A DNA stretch of 64,000 nt from Phyllobates terribilis (taxonomy: Eukaryota): the NCBI RefSeq assembly GCF_046119375.1, contig NW_027362763.1, positions 248,372,001-248,436,000 on the forward strand, in the 5' to 3' direction. Within the stretch, counting starts at the first letter, position 1. Each line of letters opens with the position of its first letter. The notes beneath the pieces were generated by a model. It worked only from the letters and a program-made list of their open reading frames with translations. It made no database searches and had not been told where the DNA came from. This document shows positions 57,971 to 64,000 of this stretch, piece after piece. The position numbers and the translations under genes were made by a program.

Positions 57971-60760
57971 ATGGGAGGAAGAGAAACCAATCACAAACTA
58001 AAATGTTTTTATACAAATGCACAAAGCATGGGCAACAAACAAGGAGAATTGGAACTACTAATGCAGCAAAAGGAATATGATGTCATTGGAATCACTGAAA
58101 CTTGGTGGGACGATACACATGATTGGAATAAAAGGCTAAAAGGATACAACTTATTTGCAAGAAACAGACTTGATAAACGAGGAGGAGGTGTTGCATTGTA
58201 TGTTAGAAAAGCGTATATCTGCACAGAGATTGAAGCTTCAGAGACTGGGAGTTCTGTGGAAACTGTTTGGGTAAGAATACAAGGAGAGAACAACGGAAAG
58301 GACACCATTGTAGGCATTTACTACAGGCCACCTGGGCAAGCTGAAGATATGGATGAACTCTTTATGTATCAAATGACCAAGTTCTCCAAAAAATATGACG
58401 TAGTGGTCATGGGAGATTTCAACTATCCAGACATTAGTTGGGAATCTCTCTCAAGTAAAACTAACAGGTCAAGCAAATTCTTATCCTCTCTTGCTGACAA
58501 CTTTATCTTCCAAAAGGTAGGGGAGAAAACAAGGGGATCTGCTACTTTGGATCTAATCCTTATAAACAGGGAGGAAATGGTTGAGGAGGTAAAGGTGGCT
58601 GGGACCCTAGGAGGCAGCGATCATGCTATTATAGAATTTTGGATAACTAGAGGAGGAAGACATGTGAAGACTCAAACTTCAAGGTTAGATTTTAGAAAGG
58701 CAGATTTTAAGAGACTCAGAAAGAGAATAGGAGGGATCCAATGGCTGGATGTCCTTAAGGACAAAAATGTCCAGGAAGGATGGGAAATTTTTAAAAATGA
58801 GATTCTCAAAGCACAATCATTAACAATCCCGAAAAGTAGGAAGAATGGGAAGCATTTAAGGAAACCAGGATGGATGAACACAGAACTTAAACACATGCTA
58901 AAAAGAAAGAAAGAAATGTTTATTAAATGGAAAGAGGGAGGCATATCTAAAGAAGATTATAATGCAGTCTGCAGATCCTGTAGGGCACGTATCAGGTTAG
59001 CTAAAGCTGACAATGAATTAAGGCTTGCAAGAGATGTCAAAAGCAATAAAAAAGGATTTTGGGGGTATGTCAAAAGTAAAAGAAAAGTCAAAGATGCTAT
59101 AGGATTTTTACAGGATGAAAATGGAGAAATGGTAAGAGAGGATGTTGAGAAGGCCGAACTTTTTAATTCCTATTTTGCATCTGTTTTCTCTCAGAAAGAA
59201 AATGTAACATCAACTGATCTTCACTGTCCTTTTAAAGGAATAGAGGAATCCAAGTTATCTGTAAACCGAAAGATTGTGAGGGAATATTTAGCTAACATAA
59301 ATGAGTTCAAGTCTCCAGGTCCAGATGAATTACACCCCAGAGTACTGAAGGAGATCGTAGAAGAAATTTTAGAACCACTCTCCATAATCTTTGAAAATTC
59401 TTGGAGAACAGGAGAAGTCTCAGAAGACTGGAGAAGAGCAAATGTTGTTCCTATCTTCAAAAAGGGGAAGAAGGTGGACCCAGGGAACTATAGGCCGGTG
59501 AGTCTGACTTCTATACCAGGAAAGATCTTTGAACAAATTATTAAACAACATGTATGTAAGTACATGGATAAGAATGAAGTGATTAACCAGAGTCAGCATG
59601 GGTTTGTAACTAACAAGTCATGTCAGACTAACTTAATTTCCTTCTATGACAGAATCACTGACTGGGTGGATCAGGGAAATGCTGTAGATATAGTATATCT
59701 TGACTTCAGCAAAGCATTTGACAAAGTATCTCACACCATCCTTATTGAAAAAATGACCAAGTATGCAATGGACCAGGCAACTGTTAGGTGGATTCATAAC
59801 TGGCTTAGTGATCGGACTCAAAGGGTGGTTGTAAATGGCTTCACATCCAGCTGGATGAATGTCTCAAGTGGGGTACCACAGGGCTCCGTCCTGGGACCTG
59901 TATTGTTCAACATCTTTATCAATGATTTAGATGAAGGAATTGAGGGTAAGCTGATTAAATTTGCTGATGACACAAAGCTAGGAGGGATAGCTAATACTAG
60001 AGAAGAGAGAGAGAGGATTCAAAAAGACCTAAATAAACTGGAGCAGTGGGCAGCAACTAACAGAATGGTTTTTAACAGGGAAAAATGCAAAGTACTACAT
60101 CTGGGCAATAAAAATGAAAAAAGCATATACAGAATGGGAGGAATAGAGCTAAGCAACAGTACATGTGAAAAAGACTTAGGTATACTAATAGATCATAGAC
60201 TGAACATGAGTCAACAGTGTGATGCAGCAGCAAAAAAGGCAAATACAATTCTGGGATGTATTAACAGAAGCATACAGTCTAGATCACGTGAAGTCATTAT
60301 CGGTCTTTACTCCTCTTTGGTCAGACCTCATCTGGAATACTGTGTACAGTTTTGGGCACCACATTTTAAAAAAGACATAGACAAACTGGAGCAAGTTCAG
60401 AGAAGAGCGACCAGAATGGTGACTGGTCTGCAAACCATGTCCTATGAGGAACGGTTGCAGGATTTGGGAATGTTTAGCTTGCAAAAAAGAAGACTGAGAG
60501 GAGACTTAATAGCTGTCTACAAATATGTCAAGGGCTGTCACATTGTAGAAGGATCATCTTTATTCTCATTTGCACAAGGAAAGACTAGAAGCAATGGGAT
60601 GAAACTAAATGGGAGGAGACACAGATTAGATATTAGAAAAAACTTTTTGACAGTTAGGATGATCAATGAGTGGAACAGGCTGCCACGAGAGGTGGTGAGT
60701 TCCCCTTCAATGGACGTCTTCAAACAGAGGCTGGACAGACATCTGTCTGAGATGATTTAG
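57971..60760 (+). CDS. CR1 ORF2: APE endonuclease and reverse transcriptase (929 aa, uninterrupted)
   Basis: YTNAQS, ITETWW, GDFN, SDH; YLDFSKAFD, PQGSVLGP, KFADD. Confidence 0.96.
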   Translation: MGGRETNHKLKCFYTNAQSMGNKQGELELLMQQKEYDVIGITETWWDDTHDWNKRLKGYNLFARNRLDKRGGGVALYVRKAYICTEIEASETGSSVETVWVRIQGENNGKDTIVGIYYRPPGQAEDMDELFMYQMTKFSKKYDVVVMGDFNYPDISWESLSSKTNRSSKFLSSLADNFIFQKVGEKTRGSATLDLILINREEMVEEVKVAGTLGGSDHAIIEFWITRGGRHVKTQTSRLDFRKADFKRLRKRIGGIQWLDVLKDKNVQEGWEIFKNEILKAQSLTIPKSRKNGKHLRKPGWMNTELKHMLKRKKEMFIKWKEGGISKEDYNAVCRSCRARIRLAKADNELRLARDVKSNKKGFWGYVKSKRKVKDAIGFLQDENGEMVREDVEKAELFNSYFASVFSQKENVTSTDLHCPFKGIEESKLSVNRKIVREYLANINEFKSPGPDELHPRVLKEIVEEILEPLSIIFENSWRTGEVSEDWRRANVVPIFKKGKKVDPGNYRPVSLTSIPGKIFEQIIKQHVCKYMDKNEVINQSQHGFVTNKSCQTNLISFYDRITDWVDQGNAVDIVYLDFSKAFDKVSHTILIEKMTKYAMDQATVRWIHNWLSDRTQRVVVNGFTSSWMNVSSGVPQGSVLGPVLFNIFINDLDEGIEGKLIKFADDTKLGGIANTREERERIQKDLNKLEQWAATNRMVFNREKCKVLHLGNKNEKSIYRMGGIELSNSTCEKDLGILIDHRLNMSQQCDAAAKKANTILGCINRSIQSRSREVIIGLYSSLVRPHLEYCVQFWAPHFKKDIDKLEQVQRRATRMVTGLQTMSYEERLQDLGMFSLQKRRLRGDLIAVYKYVKGCHIVEGSSLFSFAQGKTRSNGMKLNGRRHRLDIRKNFLTVRMINEWNRLPREVVSSPSMDVFKQRLDRHLSEMI

Positions 60761-60839
60761 TGAATCCGGCTTTGAGCAGGGGGTTGGACCAGATGACCCA
60801 GGAGGTCCCTTCCAACTCTACCATTCTATGATTCTATGA

Positions 60840-60935
60840 GAGACACCACAAAAGGTTTAAGTACCTGATCAAGGTACATACCGAAATTTTGTGTTAAACT
60901 GTTTGCACTGGTCACACGAAATATTGTTTCTATTT
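60840..60935 (-). mobile_element. Upstream continuation of the Penelope RT beyond the CR1
   Basis: Minus strand SLTQNFGMYLDQVLKPFVVSL joins SAHVRDTTD at 56697. Confidence 0.8.
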
Positions 60936-61482
60936 ACATTTCTCTTTTGATTATTCACTTTGCATTTTCTAATTGCTGGTGTGTTTTTATCTTACTTTGC
61001 AGCAGGTTACCCATACTTGTCTACAACGTTTGCACAGTACTGTAGGTCTTCAGAAACATAGTAACTGTACCTAATAAATGAAACATCTAGCACTTTAGCG
61101 GCCCATGTGTTTTTTGTTGTGCTCCTTGATACTTAAAGGTGTAATCTCACTTTAAACAGCTTTGGCATTCTAACAGGCTGTGCCATAAATGTCTGATAGG
61201 TCGGGGCTCACATGTATGTACAGAACTGGGGGACATGGCCAACCTGGTAAGGTGGCCGTTTTCCATTCATTTTTCTCTGTATCTGGTGGACACTTTACCA
61301 GATGGGACAGGAGTCAGGACCCTTATTCTGCAGCTAAGTACGTGTCCCAGAGATGGGACATGCCATAAATGTCTGCGGTGGGGAAAATCCCTCTAAGGAA
61401 AGCTTGATATCTCCATCCATATGTTGTAAAACATTTATTTGATTTAATAACAACACTTTAACCATCCTTTGTTTCATCACAG

Positions 61483-61582
61483 CTGGAAAAGATGGCGCAG
61501 CAGGAGTCCCTAACCTCCAGTTATATGACTTGAAAACAGGGACGTGTGTTAAGTCCTTCATCCAAAAGAAGATGGAGAATTG
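61483..61582 (+). CDS. EIF2A: EIF2A exon 5: GKDGAAGVPNLQLYDLKTGTCVKSFIQKKMENW
   Basis: 100 nt, AG/GT boundaries. Confidence 0.97.
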
Positions 61583-61667
61583 GTAAATATCTGAAAAGAA
61601 AGCTGCCATAATCTGTCATAGTTAGAGAAGTCGAAGAGTAAGTGAGCTACAGGATTTCACTAATATA

Positions 61668-61669
<2 letters not shown>

Positions 61670-61750
<81 letters not shown>
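61670..61750. repeat. (TG)n(TA)n compound microsatellite in EIF2A intron 5
   Basis: Direct reading. Confidence 0.95.
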
Positions 61751-61752
<2 letters not shown>

Positions 61753-61804
61753 CATAGCAACTGTTTTATAGCTGAAGATATGACTTTGGCTTTATATCCT
61801 CTAG

Positions 61805-61887
61805 GTCTCCTCGCTGGTCTGTAGATGAGAAGATTTGTGCCAGGAATGTGAACAATGAAGTTCACTTTTTTGAAAACAACAACTTTG
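61805..61887 (+). CDS. EIF2A: EIF2A exon 6: SPRWSVDEKICARNVNNEVHFFENNNF
   Basis: 83 nt, AG/GT boundaries. Confidence 0.97.
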
Positions 61888-61972
61888 GTATGATAACGGC
61901 CATTGCATTACTTAGCTGATTTCAGCTGTCTGGCCCAGATTAAGTAGCCTTTATTCTTTTCCAAAGATTCCC

Positions 61973-62235
61973 TTATTTATTTATTTTACTCACTTGTATA
62001 GCGCCATTAATTCCACAGCACTTTACAGACATTATGGGCACTGTCCCCATTGGGGCTCACAATCTAGATCCACTATCAGTATGTCTTTAGAGTGTGGGAG
62101 GAAACCGGAGAACCTGGAGGAAACCCACACAAACACAGGGAGAGCATACAAACTCCTTGCAGATGTTGTCCTCGGTGGGATTTGAACCCAGGACCCCAGC
62201 GCTGCAGTGCTAACCACTGAGCCACCATGCTGCCC
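61973..62235 (-). mobile_element. tRNA-derived SINE, same family as 14811-15070
   Basis: A box TGGCTCAGTGG, B box GGTTCAAATCC, L2-type tail. Confidence 0.85.
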
Positions 62236-62564
62236 ACATCCTATAAGTATCTACAATCTGTTTTTATTTCAGCGGGCACCCTATTCCAGTTACTTTTAGG
62301 GTCATTTGCATTTTGAATAGAGCGGAGATGTTCATGCTCAGCCTCCTGTCTATACCTATGAGACTGCCGGAGAAAGCAGAGTACAGCAATCAGCTTTTTC
62401 CAACAATCCCATAGACAATGAATAGAGCAGAGGTCGGGTATGGCGCAAATCTGCATTCTTGGGAAAAGTTGTTATTTTGGGAGTAACCCTTTAACTTTTA
62501 TAGAAAAAAAACATGGTGTCCTGTCATAATTTCATTGTTTCTATGTTTTGCTATTTTTTGTCAG

Positions 62565-62638
62565 ATACCATTGCAAATAAATTGCACTTACAGAAAGTCA
62601 GTGATTTTGAGTTGTCACCTGGAGAGCATCCCTGCAAG
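62565..62638 (+). CDS. EIF2A: EIF2A exon 7: TIANKLHLQKVSDFELSPGEHPCK
   Basis: 74 nt, AG/GT boundaries. Confidence 0.97.
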
Positions 62639-62685
62639 GTATACTTTATCATGCTCTGTAAATATACATCTGATTTCTACAACTC

Positions 62686-62848
62686 NNNNNNNNNNNNNNN
62701 NNNNNNNNNNNNNNNNNNNNNNNNNNNNNNNNNNNNNNNNNNNNNNNNNNNNNNNNNNNNNNNNNNNNNNNNNNNNNNNNNNNNNNNNNNNNNNNNNNNN
62801 NNNNNNNNNNNNNNNNNNNNNNNNNNNNNNNNNNNNNNNNNNNNNNNN
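62686..62848. other. Assembly gap (163 N)
   Basis: Direct reading. Confidence 1.
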
Positions 62849-63578
62849 CGCTTTTTGTTTTTGGCCTCAAGATTTCTTCAATTGAATTTTGTTAAGTTTG
62901 TATTGAAAAACACAAATCCCAGTTACAGCTCTGTATGACGTTACCAACTTCTTCTCAGTGTCTTTTAAGCTCAACCTGCCGCAAGAGCAATGAAGGAAAT
63001 TATTCCTTTGGCAAAATGCAAAAAAACATTTCAAACATTGAAATAATCAAATGAAGAGAGATAAAAGCTATTGTATGGACTTATTTTGGGAAATGTCAAT
63101 GTTATTTTCTATTGACTTATTGTGTCTTTTCTTGAAAGTTTTCCATTTTTATTAAAAGTAATTGATGGTGCAGAAAACCTTTTTTTCCCCCTACAAACAG
63201 TGGAATACTCACCTTGAATCACCCCCAAGACAGAACCATGGCAGGATGCTACGGAGGTCTGTGCCATCCAGATGCAAGAACTGCTGAAGCCTGTGATTGG
63301 GCTGCAATGGTCATGTGACTAAAAGAGCGCTTCATCAGAGAAATAACTGATCGCTGCAGAGAATCCTAGGTTTCACTTGTCCTGTTGATATCTGAACTTC
63401 GGACACCTCTGGAGCATCTGGTTCTAGATTCATGGGGGTGATGGAAGGTGATTATGGTTATGTTTGTTTTAAATATTCATTCCTATTGAAAACTTTTTTT
63501 TTTTTTTAGCTTCAGACAACCCCTTTAAGGTAATTTGGTGTGGATCGGTTGACTTATAATAATGTTTCTCTTTTCTAG

Positions 63579-63723
63579 GTAGTAGTATATGTTCCTGGAA
63601 GTAAAGGTGCCCCATCATTTGTGAGGGTGTACCAGTACCCCAATTTCACTGGCCCCCAGTCTGCCATTGCTAATAAAAGTTTCTTCAAAGCTGATCGAGT
63701 GATGATGCTGTGGAACTCAAAAG
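63579..63723 (+). CDS. EIF2A: EIF2A exon 8: VVVYVPGSKGAPSFVRVYQYPNFTGPQSAIANKSFFKADRVMMLWNSK
   Basis: 145 nt, AG/GT boundaries; the gene continues beyond the window. Confidence 0.97.
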
Positions 63724-64000
63724 GTAATGATCAGGTCATGTAGGTTATACTGCCCTGATACTCCTCAGTATCTGGCATCCGTGATCACAGACCTTACACT
63801 AATGGATCCTAATGTAGACAACAATGCACTTTGCTAAAACTGTGGTTTATATTTTGTCAATTGCCTTTTTATCTGTATTGTCCTGGGCTTTTTCATCTTC
63901 TATTTTTTTAATCTGTTTTGCTGTATATAGAAATTGTCATATCTCTTAAAGGGAATCTTCCAGCAGGTTTTTGCTATGTAATTTGAAAACCGCATAATGT

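Larger units (their letters stand above)
56699..60839 (+). mobile_element. Apparently full-length CR1 LINE (about 4.1 kb)
   Basis: About 190-bp 5' UTR, two intact ORFs, 3' end (ATTCTATG)2; both flanks rejoin into Penelope RT codons. Confidence 0.95.

Noticed and set aside
62513-62938. ORFs spanning the N run
   Set aside because: Artefacts of the assembly gap; the only real coding part is EIF2A exon 7.
52257-64000. Intronic snoRNAs in EIF2A
   Set aside because: No convincing C/D or H/ACA box arrangement by eye in the short introns; a covariance-model search would be needed.

Overview
Vertebrate genomic DNA, most likely a frog (inferred from the transposon families and gene structure), dominated by nested transposons. 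Two host genes lie head-to-head with start codons about 370 bp apart. SERP1/RAMP4 is on the minus strand (3 exons, complete 66-aa CDS, 37264->34596). EIF2A is on the plus strand (exons 1-8, 37633->63723, continuing past the window). The left 33 kb is almost all mobile DNA: two Gmr1-type Gypsy elements with PR-IN-RT-RH order, a Sushi-like Gypsy, two solo LTRs, two Tc1 transposons, hAT, Harbinger and TTAA MITEs, minisatellites and a SINE, many with recoverable target-site duplications. EIF2A introns carry an L2 LINE with a 2A-like (StopGo) motif just before its endonuclease, a DIRS fragment, Penelope relics with hammerhead-like motifs, and an apparently full-length CR1 with both ORFs intact, inserted into the Penelope RT. 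No clearly new biological system is evident. The best leads are the 2A-like L2 peptide, an inverted pair of U3-A8 variant minimal hammerheads, the young CR1, the deep insertion stacks, and the regulatory motifs around the SERP1/EIF2A bidirectional promoter. All identifications come from reading the sequence; no database searches were run, and most TE boundaries without a stated TSD are approximate.
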